Shown: positions 44,098 through 54,036, numbered from the stretch's first letter. The stretch: DNA of 64,000 nt from Candidatus Methylomirabilia bacterium (GCA_041496385.1 JBGQEL010000006.1:222-64221); one strand, 5' to 3'. Made by a program: numbers and translations. Notes: a model not told the origin generated them from the sequence alone.

Positions 44098-44742
44098 ATG
44101 ATACCCGAACGTTCGACGAGCCTGGCGCCCGGCGCCGGCGTCCTACTGGAGGCCAGGCTCGCCGTCCCGCCCGGGGCATCCGCGGGTGTCGTGCTCTGCC
44201 ACCCCCACCCGTTGTACGGCGGTGACATGGAGAACCCCGTGGTCGTGCGAGCCCAGGAGGTCTGCGTCGAGCTCGGCCTGGCCACGCTTCGCTTCAACTT
44301 CCGCGGCGTGGGCGCCTCGACCGGCACCCACGGCGGCGGGGCCGCCGAGCAGGACGACGCCCGCGCGGCCCTGGACGTGCTCGCCCGCGAGGGGGCGATC
44401 CGGTCGCTCGCGATCGCGGGCTACTCGTTCGGGGCGTGGATCGCCGCCCTCGCCGGCAGCCGCGACGCCCGAGTCGGCGCCCTGGCGCTGATCGCGCCGC
44501 CACTCGCCCACTACGATTTCGGCGCCCTCGAGGGCACGCGCGTGCCGACGCTGGCCGTGTGCGGCACCGCCGACGCCTATTGCCCGCTCGCCGACTTCGA
44601 GCGCTTCACGGCGCGCTTCGGATGGGTGTCGCCCGTCGTGGTCGACGGGGCGGATCACTTCTTCCTCGGCAAGCTCTACCGGCTGGGCGAGGCCGTCCGC
44701 GAGTGGGCGCGGCGGCACGTCGTGCCGGGCGGCGGGAGCTAG
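44098..44742 (+). CDS. Alpha/beta hydrolase (dienelactone hydrolase/KANL3-like fold)
   Basis: The sequence VVLCHPHPLYGGDMENPVV...AGYSFGAW carries the nucleophile elbow GYSFG. The start was chosen at MIPERS. Confidence 0.6.
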   Translation: MIPERSTSLAPGAGVLLEARLAVPPGASAGVVLCHPHPLYGGDMENPVVVRAQEVCVELGLATLRFNFRGVGASTGTHGGGAAEQDDARAALDVLAREGAIRSLAIAGYSFGAWIAALAGSRDARVGALALIAPPLAHYDFGALEGTRVPTLAVCGTADAYCPLADFERFTARFGWVSPVVVDGADHFFLGKLYRLGEAVREWARRHVVPGGGS

Positions 44743-45344
44743 CCGCGCGGCAGCCGGCCCGGCGTGGCGCCGCCGGCCGACAGGATGATGCGGATTCCCT
44801 CCTCGACCGTCAGCCCGGTGGGGATCACGTCGTCCTGGGGCAGGACGACCACGTCGCCGAGGTACAGGTTGTTGGACGGGATGAAGACGGTGACCATGTC
44901 ACGCTTGCCGTCGGGCGTGTCGAGCAGGACCTGGCTCGTCACGAAGCCGAAGGCGTACTCGCCGACGCGGGGATGCTGGGCGAGGACGACGGCGCGGAAC
45001 GCGCTGCGCCGCTCGGGCGAGAACGAGTCGATCAGCATCTTCACCGACGGGTAGAGCCGCCGGTAGATCGGCACGCGCAGGAGCAGCGTGTCGCCCCAGG
45101 CGAGCACGCGGCGGCCGACGACGTTCCGCGCGATCGTGCCCATCAGGAGGATGATGGTCACCGCCGTGAGGAAGCCGAGCCCCGGCACGGGCCGGCCGAG
45201 GATCCGGTCGTAGATGGGGGCGAACACGTCGTCGATGCGGCTCCAGAAGATCCAGAGGAGCCATGCGGTGAGGAAGACGGGAACCGTGAAGAAGAAGCCC
45301 GTGATGAAGCGGACCTTGAGCCAGTTGCGGACGGGACCGGACAT
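44739..45344 (-). CDS. DUF502 family membrane protein
   Basis: The sequence NWLKVRFITGFFFTVPVFLTAWLLWIFW...LLLRVPIYRRLYPSVK is the DUF502 pattern. The start could instead be at MLERT (45359). Confidence 0.7.
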   Translation of the reverse strand: MSGPVRNWLKVRFITGFFFTVPVFLTAWLLWIFWSRIDDVFAPIYDRILGRPVPGLGFLTAVTIILLMGTIARNVVGRRVLAWGDTLLLRVPIYRRLYPSVKMLIDSFSPERRSAFRAVVLAQHPRVGEYAFGFVTSQVLLDTPDGKRDMVTVFIPSNNLYLGDVVVLPQDDVIPTGLTVEEGIRIILSAGGATPGRLPRG

Positions 45345-45348
45345 GGTG

Positions 45349-46065
45349 CGTTCGAGCATAACATCGGTGCGCCGCCGGGCGCTCATTACGGGCGGCGCCG
45401 TGCGCGTGGGGCGCGCCATCGCGCTCGCGCTGGCCGGGGCGGGGTTCGACGTGGCGATCGGCTACCATCGGTCGGGGCGGGACGCGGCCGCGCTCGTGCG
45501 CGAGGTGCGGGCGCTGTGCGTGCGCGCGGTCGCGCTCCGCGCCGACCTGGCGAAGCCCCTGGCGGCGCGCGGGCTCGTCGAGGCGGCCGCGCGCCGGCTC
45601 GGCGGGCTCGAGGTCCTCGTCAACAGCGCGGCGCGCTTCGAGCGGACGCCGTTCCTGCGCACCTCGCCGACCGCCTACGATCGCCACCTCGATCTGAACC
45701 TGCGCGGCGCGTTCTTCTGCGCGCAGGCGGCGGCGCGCGTGATGGGCCGGCGGGGCGGGCGCATCGTCAACGTCGGCGACGCCGGCGCCGGCCGCGCCTG
45801 GCCGAGCTACGTTCCCTACACGCTCTCCAAGGCCGGGATCGTCGCCCTCACGCGGAGCCTCGCCGCCGCGCTCCGCCCGCGCGGGATCGCGGTCAACTGC
45901 GTGGCGCCGGCCGCGGTGCTCCGGCCGCCCGGCTTCCCGCGGGCGCGCTGGACGCGGATCACCCGCGGGCGCGCGGGCGGGGTCGAGGAGGTGGCCGCGG
46001 CGGTCGTCTACTTCGCCACGTGCCCGCCGCGGGTGACGGGACGGGTGCGGACTATCGGCGCCTGA
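45349..46065 (+). CDS. SDR family oxidoreductase
   Basis: The sequence contains ALITGGAVRVGRAIA (a Rossmann fold), NSAA and YTLSKAG (the YxxxK motif). The start is uncertain because the N-terminal Lys-rich extension of the track ORF is unlikely to be real. Confidence 0.75.
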   Translation, partial: RSSITSVRRRALITGGAVRVGRAIALALAGAGFDVAIGYHRSGRDAAALVREVRALCVRAVALRADLAKPLAARGLVEAAARRLGGLEVLVNSAARFERTPFLRTSPTAYDRHLDLNLRGAFFCAQAAARVMGRRGGRIVNVGDAGAGRAWPSYVPYTLSKAGIVALTRSLAAALRPRGIAVNCVAPAAVLRPPGFPRARWTRITRGRAGGVEEVAAAVVYFATCPPRVTGRVRTIGA

Positions 46066-46759
46066 TTCGCCCGCCGCCCATCGTCTGCAGAAAGTCGGCC
46101 AGCGACGGGAAGCGCATGAAGGGGTTCCCCCGCTTCTCGTCGCCGATCGTCGAGGCGGGGCCGCCGTAGTTGTGGCCGGGGAGCAGGATCGTGTCGTCGG
46201 GCAGCGCCGCGAGCCGCTGCGTGAGGGAGTAGTACATCTCCGCGGGGTCGCTCCCGGGCAGGTCGGTGCGGCCGCACGAGCCGATGAAGAGCGTGTCGCC
46301 CGAGACCAGGCGCCCGTCCACGAGGAAGCACTGCGAGCCCGGCGTGTGGCCGGGCGTGTGCATGAAGGTCAGCTTGAGCCGCCCGACCATGAGCGTGTCG
46401 TGATTGTCGACCTGCGCGAGGTCGGAGCCGAAGCCCCGGAGGAACTCGCGCTCGGCCTTGTGGACGTAAACCTTCATCGGCGCGCGCGCGAGGAGCTCCT
46501 CGACGCCGGGGATGCGGCCCGGCATCCCCCAGGACTCGAGGCTGCCGCCGACGTGGTCCTGGTGCGTGTGCGTGACGAGCGCGCCCGTGAGCGTCATGCC
46601 GTCGGCCTGGACCGTGTCGAGGAGCGTGTCGATCTCCCAGGCCGGGTCCACCACCACGCATTCGCGCGCCACCGGGTCGCCGATGAGGTAGACGAAGTTC
46701 TGCATCGGCCCGAGCTCCATCTGCCGCACGTAGATCGCGTCCCCACTCACGGCGTCCAT
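46052..46759 (-). CDS. MBL-fold metallo-hydrolase (glyoxalase II-like)
   Basis: The THTHQDHVGG motif (HxHxDH) and downstream His/Asp ligands are present. The protein is 235 aa. Confidence 0.85.
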   Translation of the reverse strand: MDAVSGDAIYVRQMELGPMQNFVYLIGDPVARECVVVDPAWEIDTLLDTVQADGMTLTGALVTHTHQDHVGGSLESWGMPGRIPGVEELLARAPMKVYVHKAEREFLRGFGSDLAQVDNHDTLMVGRLKLTFMHTPGHTPGSQCFLVDGRLVSGDTLFIGSCGRTDLPGSDPAEMYYSLTQRLAALPDDTILLPGHNYGGPASTIGDEKRGNPFMRFPSLADFLQTMGGGRIRRR

Positions 46760-46828
46760 GGTACCCTGCGCGAACGGAGTGCGCTAGAATCGGCGCGCGC
46801 GAACGAGATTTCCGGAAGAGGTGGGTGG

Positions 46829-47794
46829 ATGACGACGACGCAAACGAAGGCGGCGACGCGTGTGACGTACCAGCTCGAGACGCTCTGGGACTACGACTAC
46901 GAGCCGACGCACGACGAGCTCGAGACGCTCTACGAGACCGCCAAGAAGAACCAGTGGAACGGCTCGACGGCCATCGACTGGAGCCGCCCGGTCGGCAAGG
47001 AAGGGCCGGTCCTGAACGTCCAGGTCGCCTTCGCCGGAACGAACTTCTTCAGCCGCCTGAACGCGGAGGAGCAGAAGGAGGTCGAGGTCCGGGTCTCCGC
47101 GTGGCGCCTCTCGCAGTTCCTCCACGGCGAGCAGGGCGCCCTGGTCGTCTGCGGCCAGCTCGTCAACTCCATCCCCGAGCTCGACGCCAAGCTCTACGCC
47201 GCCACGCAGGTCGTGGACGAGGGCCGGCACGTCGAGGTCTTCGAGCGCTACGTGAAGAAGCTCCACAAGATCTACCCGGTCGATCCGCTCCTCAAGGCCG
47301 TGCTCGACGAGATCCTGGCGACGAACCTCTGGGAGCTGAAGCTCCTGGGCATGCAGATGATCGTCGAGGGGCTCGCGATCGCCGCCTTCAACCTCATGCG
47401 CAAGCAGACGGCCGACGCGACGCTCGGCCAGCTCCTCGACTACGTCCTGCAGGACGAGGGGCGGCACGTGAACTTCGGCTACTTCGCCCTGCGCCGCTCC
47501 ATTCCCGTCATGGAGCCCTCGCGGCGCGAGTACCTCGAGGACTTCACCTTCAAGGTCTGCGATCTCATGTACGCGCGGGACGAGCGCACGGGCTTCCAGT
47601 CGATCAAGAACGTCTGGGAGGAGATGGGCTGGGACGGCGACAAGATCTGGCGCGACACCATCGAGCACTCGCAGACGACGAAGGCGTTCAACAGCTTCCT
47701 GTTCCACGACAACCTGATGCCGCGCCTCCAGCGGCTGGGGCTGATCTCCTCGCGCATCGAGCCGCGCTATCGCGAGATCGGCCTGATCGCCTAG
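46829..47794 (+). CDS. Ferritin-like diiron-carboxylate protein (AurF / diiron oxygenase-like)
   Basis: There are two E-x2-H motifs in helical context (VDEGRHVEVF and QDEGRHVNFG) plus upstream Glu ligands. The protein is 321 aa. Confidence 0.65.
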   Translation: MTTTQTKAATRVTYQLETLWDYDYEPTHDELETLYETAKKNQWNGSTAIDWSRPVGKEGPVLNVQVAFAGTNFFSRLNAEEQKEVEVRVSAWRLSQFLHGEQGALVVCGQLVNSIPELDAKLYAATQVVDEGRHVEVFERYVKKLHKIYPVDPLLKAVLDEILATNLWELKLLGMQMIVEGLAIAAFNLMRKQTADATLGQLLDYVLQDEGRHVNFGYFALRRSIPVMEPSRREYLEDFTFKVCDLMYARDERTGFQSIKNVWEEMGWDGDKIWRDTIEHSQTTKAFNSFLFHDNLMPRLQRLGLISSRIEPRYREIGLIA

Positions 47795-47802
47795 TCCCCC
47801 GC

Positions 47803-48594
47803 GTGCCGCTCCGCCCGCTCGCCCTCGCGTTGCTCGCGCTGCTGGCGGGCGCCTGCGCGTACCCCGTCGAGGGCGACTTCGCCGGGCGCGGCCTCGACCG
47901 CGTCCAGAGTCCCGCGACGACGATCGTCGTCATCCACAACCACGGCTTCTCGAGCGCCCAGGCGGGCACCTACCGGCCGCTGACGCCGCCCATCCTGCGT
48001 CTGGCCGCCGAGCGGAACGCCGACGTGGTCGTCTTCTCGCAGGTCCGCAACACCGCGAACCTCACGGCGGCGGACCACGCGGCGTACATCGAGTCGGCGA
48101 TCGCGTACTTCCACCGGGAGCGCGGCGTGCCGCTCGAGAACATCATCCTCGCGGGCCAGAGCTGCGGCGGCTGGGGCTCGCTCCAGGCGGCGGCGTTCAC
48201 CTACCCGCAGCTCGGCGGCGTCATCGGCTTCGCGCCCACGTGCCACGGCAAGCTCCCCCACCCGACGGCCGTCCGCATCCGGCGCGAGATGGAGATCGCC
48301 CAGCTCGCGAGCCGCCTCCGCACGCCGGGCACCATCTTCCTGTACGAGGGCGACTCGTACTACGACGTGGCGGAGTGGGACGCGTTCGCCGCGCGCGTGA
48401 ACGGCGTGTCGGGGCTCCGCCTCGAGCGCGTCGAGCGCGCCCGGATCCTCGAGCTCTGCGCGCGCTGCGCGACCGACAGCCACGGCGCCTACTGGGACGC
48501 GCGGTTCGCCGAGGCGTTCTACGAGCGTCACGTGCAGGCGCTGATCGACCAGGTGCGCGCGCGGATCCGCGCGCGGACGGTGGCTAGCCCTTGA
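47803..48594 (+). CDS. Lipoprotein, alpha/beta-hydrolase-like esterase
   Basis: The GTG start lies 8 nt after the upstream stop, and the lipobox is LLAGC. The sequence VIHNHGF...LAGQSCGGW is a nucleophile elbow GQSCG. Confidence 0.55.
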   Translation: MPLRPLALALLALLAGACAYPVEGDFAGRGLDRVQSPATTIVVIHNHGFSSAQAGTYRPLTPPILRLAAERNADVVVFSQVRNTANLTAADHAAYIESAIAYFHRERGVPLENIILAGQSCGGWGSLQAAAFTYPQLGGVIGFAPTCHGKLPHPTAVRIRREMEIAQLASRLRTPGTIFLYEGDSYYDVAEWDAFAARVNGVSGLRLERVERARILELCARCATDSHGAYWDARFAEAFYERHVQALIDQVRARIRARTVASP

Positions 48595-49747
48595 GGTCGT
48601 CGGGGAGCTTCGGCAGCTCGCCGAGCGCCTTGGGGTCGACCGCGTAGATCGCGGGCAGGGCCTTGAGCTTCGCGTAGACCGTCTCGCCCTCGCGCCGGCC
48701 GACGAGGACCGTCGCGATCTCGCCGCCGTCGGCGCGCAGCAGGGTGGCCTCGAACGCGGGCGCGGCGAGGCCGTACTTCGCAGCCTCCTGGCTGCCGGGC
48801 GCGGCGATCGCCTTCCACTTGAGGCCGCGGAGCGTGTAGAGCAGGTTCTCGACGCTCCCGCCCTTCGTGGCGCCCGAGCCGCCCTCGACGAACTTCCACT
48901 CGAGGTCTCCGCTCCGCTCGAGGACGACCGTCGTCCCGCCCGCGCGCAACCGCAGGCGCCTGACCTCCTTGGGGTCGAGCCCCGGCAGGAAGGTCCGCTC
49001 GCGCAGATCCGTGACCGAGCGGGCGAGCTCGGTCACCGTCTTGCCGTCGACGAGCACCACCGGTCCCCGGCCCGCGACGGCGGCGTAGGCGCTCGCCGCC
49101 CCGCCCCGCGTCTCCGGCGACGGCGCGAGCAGGACGGTCTTCGGCGCCGGCGCGCCCTCCTCGGTGAGCGTGACGCGCACGGTGGGACGGCCGAGATACC
49201 GGGGAATCGCGGCGGCGTCCTCGGAGAGGAAGCCCTGGGCGCGGAGCTCCCGCAGCTTGAAGAGGATCGCGCCGGCCTCGACCTGGTCGGCGGGCAGCGG
49301 CTCGGGCGCCGTGATCCGCCAGCGCGTCCCCTCGCGCGCGAGCGCCACCGCGCCCTTCGGGCTCTCCAGGTCGATGCGCGTGACCTTGTCGCGGTCGAAC
49401 TCGACCACGAGCTTGTTGCGGAGCGCGCCGACGTTCTTCGGCACCGCCGCCCACGCCGCCTCCGGCAGCAGCAGCACCGACGACTCGCCGGGACGCATCG
49501 CGTACACGCCCTGCTTCGCCTTGTCCACGGCGCCCAGCAGCAGCTCCTTCGTGGCGCGGTCCTTGTCGCGGCCCGTGTGGATCGCCACCCGCACGGGCCG
49601 GTCGAGGCCGTAGGGCTGGAGCGACGGCGGCGACTCGGCGACGAAGTCCTTGACCTTCTGCGCCTGGAGCTTCTCGAGGAAGTCGCCGATCGTCTCGCCG
49701 TCGGCGGCGAGCGCCACCGGCTTCGTGAGCCTCCACTTGCCGTCCAC
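48584..49747 (-). CDS. DUF4340 domain protein, C-terminal part (follows an in-frame TAG)
   Basis: This part is in the same frame as 49751-50350 and is separated from it only by a TAG at 49748-49750. Its GTG start lies 4 nt after that TAG. Confidence 0.6.
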   Translation of the reverse strand: MDGKWRLTKPVALAADGETIGDFLEKLQAQKVKDFVAESPPSLQPYGLDRPVRVAIHTGRDKDRATKELLLGAVDKAKQGVYAMRPGESSVLLLPEAAWAAVPKNVGALRNKLVVEFDRDKVTRIDLESPKGAVALAREGTRWRITAPEPLPADQVEAGAILFKLRELRAQGFLSEDAAAIPRYLGRPTVRVTLTEEGAPAPKTVLLAPSPETRGGAASAYAAVAGRGPVVLVDGKTVTELARSVTDLRERTFLPGLDPKEVRRLRLRAGGTTVVLERSGDLEWKFVEGGSGATKGGSVENLLYTLRGLKWKAIAAPGSQEAAKYGLAAPAFEATLLRADGGEIATVLVGRREGETVYAKLKALPAIYAVDPKALGELPKLPDDLKG

Positions 49748-49750
49748 CTG

Positions 49751-50350
49751 CTAGGCGGCGAGCGTCTCCTCGCGCGTCTGGATCTCCAGCGCCGACACGC
49801 TCCTGCCGTCGAACGCGAGCACCGTCTTGTCGCGGAAGTCGGCGAGCGGACGCGTCACGTCGCGGAGCACGCCCTCCGAGAGGGCGACGACCGCGGCCTT
49901 CTGCGACTCGCGCGCGTAGACCCAGACGCCGGTGGGGCTCTTCGCCCCGAGGGCCACGCCGAGCTGCCGGCCGTCCTTCAGCGTGAGCGTCGCCTGGGCT
50001 TCGGGCTTGGCGAGCCCGAACTCCGCGACCTGTCCCGGGGTCGCGGCGATCTCCCGGTCCACGCGCGCCGTCGTGAGGCTCACCAGCGTCTCGTCGATCC
50101 GGGCGCGGTCGCCGCGCGCCTTGAGGGGCTCCACGATCTGCCAGCCGTCCCCCTCGCGCTTGAGCCGGATGACCTCGGCGCCGCGCCGGAGCTCGGCCTC
50201 CGTGACGTCCGACGCCTCCACGGTCCAGAGTCGCCCCTGCTGCGCGGAGGCCTTCTCGCGCTCGGGGCCGCCCCTGATCTCGTAGAGGTAGTAGAAGGCG
50301 CCGAGGCCGACGAGGACGACGGCCAGCACCGCGCTCGTCTGCCAGCGCAT
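49751..50350 (-). CDS. DUF4340 domain protein, N-terminal part (signal anchor)
   Basis: It begins MRWQTSAVLAVVLVGLGAFYYLY and ends at an amber codon. Together with the downstream ORF it would give a ~588-aa DUF4340 protein, which is the typical partner of GldG. Confidence 0.6.
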   Translation of the reverse strand: MRWQTSAVLAVVLVGLGAFYYLYEIRGGPEREKASAQQGRLWTVEASDVTEAELRRGAEVIRLKREGDGWQIVEPLKARGDRARIDETLVSLTTARVDREIAATPGQVAEFGLAKPEAQATLTLKDGRQLGVALGAKSPTGVWVYARESQKAAVVALSEGVLRDVTRPLADFRDKTVLAFDGRSVSALEIQTREETLAA

Positions 50351-50356
50351 GCGACG

Positions 50357-51880
50357 CTACTTCGCGGCGCGGCGGCGGACGACGGCGACGATGCCGCCGG
50401 CGAGCACGAGCCCGGGCAGGACCACGACGGGCAGCAGGAAGACGAGCTGCGCCTGGTTGGCGTTGAAGAAGACCGGCGTCTGCTTGGCGTCCTTCGGGCG
50501 GACCGAGATCTGGTCCTCCTCCTCGGCGAGCCAGCTCACCGTGTTGAGGAAGAAGTCGCGGTTGCCCTGCAGGTTCAGGAACTGGTTGGACGCCAGGTTC
50601 GAGGTGCCGTAGACGACGAGCCGCGCCTTGTCCTTCGTGGCGACCGCGGCGACCGTGAGCGGGCCCTTCGGATCCTCGGGGTCGGGCTTCGCCTCGCCGC
50701 GCTGGAGCGCCTGGCGGTTGGTCTCGCCCCAGCTCTGCGGGCTGGTCCGCGCGAGCGGGTCGAAGGTCACGCCCTGGGGCTGCGGCTTGGCCTGGCTGAT
50801 CGAGCGCGTCAGCGGAAAGAGCGTGGTGATGCCCGCCATGTCGCGCGTGATCGGGTGCCGCTCGTACTGCTGGACGATGGGCACCTCGGGCCCGATCCCG
50901 AAGAGCTGGCCGATCGGGTTGTTCTCGACGACGAGGTCGTTGTCGAGCACGAACCCGTACTTCTCGAGATGCTTCCGGAGCCCCTCGTTCTGGAACGGGT
51001 TCACCATGACCAGGAGCTTGCCGCCGCGATTGACGTGGGCGTCGAGGGCGTCGAGCTCGGGCTGGAAGAGGTCGTTGCGCGGCCCGGGCAGGAGCACGAC
51101 CGCGGCGTCCTCGGGCACCTTGCCCTCGCGCGCCAGCACCAGCGGCTTGACCTCGTAGTTGGCGCGCTCGAGCGCGCCCTTGGCCTCGCTGAAGCCCGGC
51201 CGCTCGGTGCTCGTGAGCTCGTGCTCGCCGTGCCCCTGCACGACGTAGACCGTGCGCTTGCCCGCGCGCGTCACCTTCACGAGGCCGTTCGTGAGCTTCT
51301 CCTCCTCGGCGTCGAGCACCTTCTCCGACTTCCCGCCGGACTCGAGCACGATCGTGCCGTAGCTCTCGATGCCGTACCGCTTGGCCAGGCCGGGCTCGCG
51401 GTCGGGATCCGCGGTCCGCCAGGTGAAGCGCCCACCCGCGTAGCGCGCGTACTGCTTGAAGAGGTCCTCCGCGACGCGCTTGCCGGGCTGGTCGGTCCGG
51501 AAGAAGCCGACCGCGTTCACGTCGGTCTTGAGGCCGCGCAGCAGCTGGATGGTCTGCGACGAGAGGCTGTAGCGCTTGGACTCGGTGAGGTCCCAGCGCC
51601 AGCTGTGGCGGTAGGACAGGGCCTGCACGATCGTCGTCACCCCGAGGACCAGCAGGATCATGACCGCGGCGTTCAGGCCGTAGCGCGTCATGCGGGCACC
51701 GAAGAACGCGCCGAAGTTCTCGATGCGCCCCAGCAGCGACGCCGCGACGAGCAGGATGCCCCCGATGATCAGGAAGCCGCGATACTGCCCCCACTCGGGC
51801 CGGGCGAACGGCAGGATCGCCCCCGCGGCCAGCGCCGCGAGCCCGGCGTAGCCCGCCCAGTCGAGGATCTTGCGGATCAT
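50357..51880 (-). CDS. GldG-family ABC-transporter auxiliary protein (ABC_transp_aux)
   Basis: It has an N-terminal TM helix, the RWDLTESKRYSLS motif and a C-terminal TM helix. The protein is 507 aa and overlaps the upstream permease by 4 nt. Confidence 0.8.
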   Translation of the reverse strand: MIRKILDWAGYAGLAALAAGAILPFARPEWGQYRGFLIIGGILLVAASLLGRIENFGAFFGARMTRYGLNAAVMILLVLGVTTIVQALSYRHSWRWDLTESKRYSLSSQTIQLLRGLKTDVNAVGFFRTDQPGKRVAEDLFKQYARYAGGRFTWRTADPDREPGLAKRYGIESYGTIVLESGGKSEKVLDAEEEKLTNGLVKVTRAGKRTVYVVQGHGEHELTSTERPGFSEAKGALERANYEVKPLVLAREGKVPEDAAVVLLPGPRNDLFQPELDALDAHVNRGGKLLVMVNPFQNEGLRKHLEKYGFVLDNDLVVENNPIGQLFGIGPEVPIVQQYERHPITRDMAGITTLFPLTRSISQAKPQPQGVTFDPLARTSPQSWGETNRQALQRGEAKPDPEDPKGPLTVAAVATKDKARLVVYGTSNLASNQFLNLQGNRDFFLNTVSWLAEEEDQISVRPKDAKQTPVFFNANQAQLVFLLPVVVLPGLVLAGGIVAVVRRRAAK

Positions 51881-52644
51881 CCCTTCCACCGCCGCGCCTC
51901 GAGGGTGCGGAGCGTCAGGAAGAGCGCGAGCGCGATGAAGTTCACGTAGTAGAGGAGGTCCTTCGTGTCGAGGACGCCCTTGGCGAAGTTCTCGTTGTGC
52001 TCCAGGATCGAGAGGTGCTGGAGCACCTTGCCGCCCCAGCCGCCGAGGGAATCCGCCTGCCAGCCGATGATCCAGAGGATCAGCAGGATCCCGAAGGTCG
52101 TGATCGAGGCGATGATCTGGTTGTCGGTGATCGACGAGGCGAAGATGCCGACCGCGATGAACGTGCCGCCCATCAGCAGGAGCCCCAGGTAGCCCGTCAC
52201 GAGCGGCCCCCACTCGAGCCGCGCGAACCAGGCGACCATCGCCGGATAGAGAAGCGTACAGGCCAGCATGATCGCGTAGAGCGCCACCGCGGACAGGTAC
52301 TTGGCGATCAGCACCGCGCCGTCGCGGACCGGGTAGGTCAGCAGCAGCTCGATCGTCCCCGAGCGGCGCTCCTCGGCGAAGAGCCGCATCGTGACCAGCG
52401 GCATCAGGAGCAGCAGGATGACGCTGACGTTCGAGAACAGCGGCCGCAGCACGCTGTCGGTCACGTTCAGCTCGCGGGCCATCGAGGGGTTCATCGCCGA
52501 CTGCATCGAGGCGAGCGCGAAGAAGGCGAAGATGTTGTAGAAGAAGTAGCCCGCGATCACCAGGAAGACCGCGACGACCACCCAGGCCACGGGCGAGGAG
52601 AAGTAGAGCCGCATCTCCTTCTTGAAGATCGGCCACACCTTCAC
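51877..52644 (-). CDS. ABC-2 type transporter permease
   Basis: A 255-aa protein with six TM helices. The GTG start overlaps the ATPase stop. Confidence 0.8.
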   Translation of the reverse strand: MKVWPIFKKEMRLYFSSPVAWVVVAVFLVIAGYFFYNIFAFFALASMQSAMNPSMARELNVTDSVLRPLFSNVSVILLLLMPLVTMRLFAEERRSGTIELLLTYPVRDGAVLIAKYLSAVALYAIMLACTLLYPAMVAWFARLEWGPLVTGYLGLLLMGGTFIAVGIFASSITDNQIIASITTFGILLILWIIGWQADSLGGWGGKVLQHLSILEHNENFAKGVLDTKDLLYYVNFIALALFLTLRTLEARRWKG

Positions 52645-53597
52645 GCCGCGCCCTCCGCGGCCGCCTGCTCGCCCGCGACGACCCGCATGAACACCTCTTC
52701 GAGCGTCGTCCCGACCCGGCGCAGCTCGAGCAGGGTCCAGCGCTGCTGCGCGGCGAGCTGGGAGATCTCGCCCCGCACGTCGCGCCCGCGCTCCGACTCG
52801 ACCAGGTAGCGCCCCGCGCCGTCCGTCGCCGCGAGCTCCTGCACCCCCACGACGCCCGCGATCCGGCGCATGCCGTCGCGGACCGCGGCGGGCGGCCCCA
52901 CGATCTCGACCTCCACGCGCGAGGTCGGGAAGAACTGCTCGACGAGCGTGTCGATCGGACCCTGCGCGACGATCGCGCCCCGGTTGATGATGACGACCCC
53001 GGTGCACACCATCGAGACCTCGGGCAGGATGTGCGTCGACAGGATGACCGTGTGCTTGCCCGCGAAGGACTTGATGAGCGCCCGGATCTCGGTGATCTGC
53101 TGCGGGTCGAGCCCGATGGTCGGCTCGTCCAGGATCAGCACCTCGGGGTCGTTGATGATCGCCTGCGCCAGCCCGACGCGCTGACGGTAGCCCTTCGAGA
53201 GCCGCCCGATCAGCCGGTTCTGGACGTCCGCGATGCGGCAGCGGTCCATCGCCTCGGCGACCCGCTTCCGGCGCTCGCCGCGGCCCACCCCCTTCACCTC
53301 GGCGACGAAGTCGAGGTACGGCGCCACGCGCATCTCGCCGTAGAGCGGCACGCTCTCGGGCAGGTAGCCGATGCGCTTGCGGACTTCCAGGGACTCGCGG
53401 AAGACGTCACGCCCGGCCACGCGCGCGGTGCCGCTCGAGGCGGGCATGAAACATGAGAGGATTCTCATCGTCGTGGACTTCCCCGCGCCGTTGGGCCCGA
53501 GAAAGCCCACGATCTCCCCCGGCGCGACGTCGAACGACACGTCGCGGATCGCGGTGACGGGGCCGTAGTGCTTCGTCAGGTTCTTTACTTCGATCAT
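52641..53597 (-). CDS. ABC transporter ATP-binding protein
   Basis: The sequence begins MIEVKNLTKHYG and carries Walker A GPNGAGKST, the signature LSKGYRQRV and Walker B LILDEPT, plus a ~100-aa C-terminal extension. Confidence 0.9.
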   Translation of the reverse strand: MIEVKNLTKHYGPVTAIRDVSFDVAPGEIVGFLGPNGAGKSTTMRILSCFMPASSGTARVAGRDVFRESLEVRKRIGYLPESVPLYGEMRVAPYLDFVAEVKGVGRGERRKRVAEAMDRCRIADVQNRLIGRLSKGYRQRVGLAQAIINDPEVLILDEPTIGLDPQQITEIRALIKSFAGKHTVILSTHILPEVSMVCTGVVIINRGAIVAQGPIDTLVEQFFPTSRVEVEIVGPPAAVRDGMRRIAGVVGVQELAATDGAGRYLVESERGRDVRGEISQLAAQQRWTLLELRRVGTTLEEVFMRVVAGEQAAAEGAA

Positions 53598-53631
53598 TCG
53601 AGGCCGAGTCCGGCTATGGAGTATACAACGG

Positions 53632-54036
53632 CTAGCCGACAGGAACGACCGGCATGATCGCCTGGAGCCAGGGCGGGACGCCGATCATCTTGCTCGTGGC
53701 GGGGTCCCAGCAGGCGTGCTGCGTGGAGCCCGTCGCCACGGTCTCGCCGGCGCCGTTCAGGATCTCGTAGGCGAAGCGGAAGCTGGCGCGCTTGCGCTCG
53801 CTGACCCAGCAGCGGATCTCCAGGAGGTCGTCCAGGCGCGCGGGCCGGACGTAGCGCACCAGCGCCTCGACGACCGGGAGGTGGACCTTCTGGTCCACCT
53901 CCGAGATCGGGATGCCCTGCTGGCGGAGAAACTCGACGCGGCCCACCTCGAAGTAGGTCAGGTAGTTGCCGTAGTAGGCGACCTTCATGCAGTCCGTGTC
54001 CTTGTAGCGGACGCGGATCGTCGTGGACGCGACCAT
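53632..54036 (-). CDS. Acyl-CoA thioesterase, 4HBT/YbgC-like hotdog fold
   Basis: The sequence begins RVRYKDTDCMKVAYYGNYLTYFEVGRVEF with the catalytic Asp. The protein is 134 aa. Confidence 0.8.
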   Translation of the reverse strand: MVASTTIRVRYKDTDCMKVAYYGNYLTYFEVGRVEFLRQQGIPISEVDQKVHLPVVEALVRYVRPARLDDLLEIRCWVSERKRASFRFAYEILNGAGETVATGSTQHACWDPATSKMIGVPPWLQAIMPVVPVG

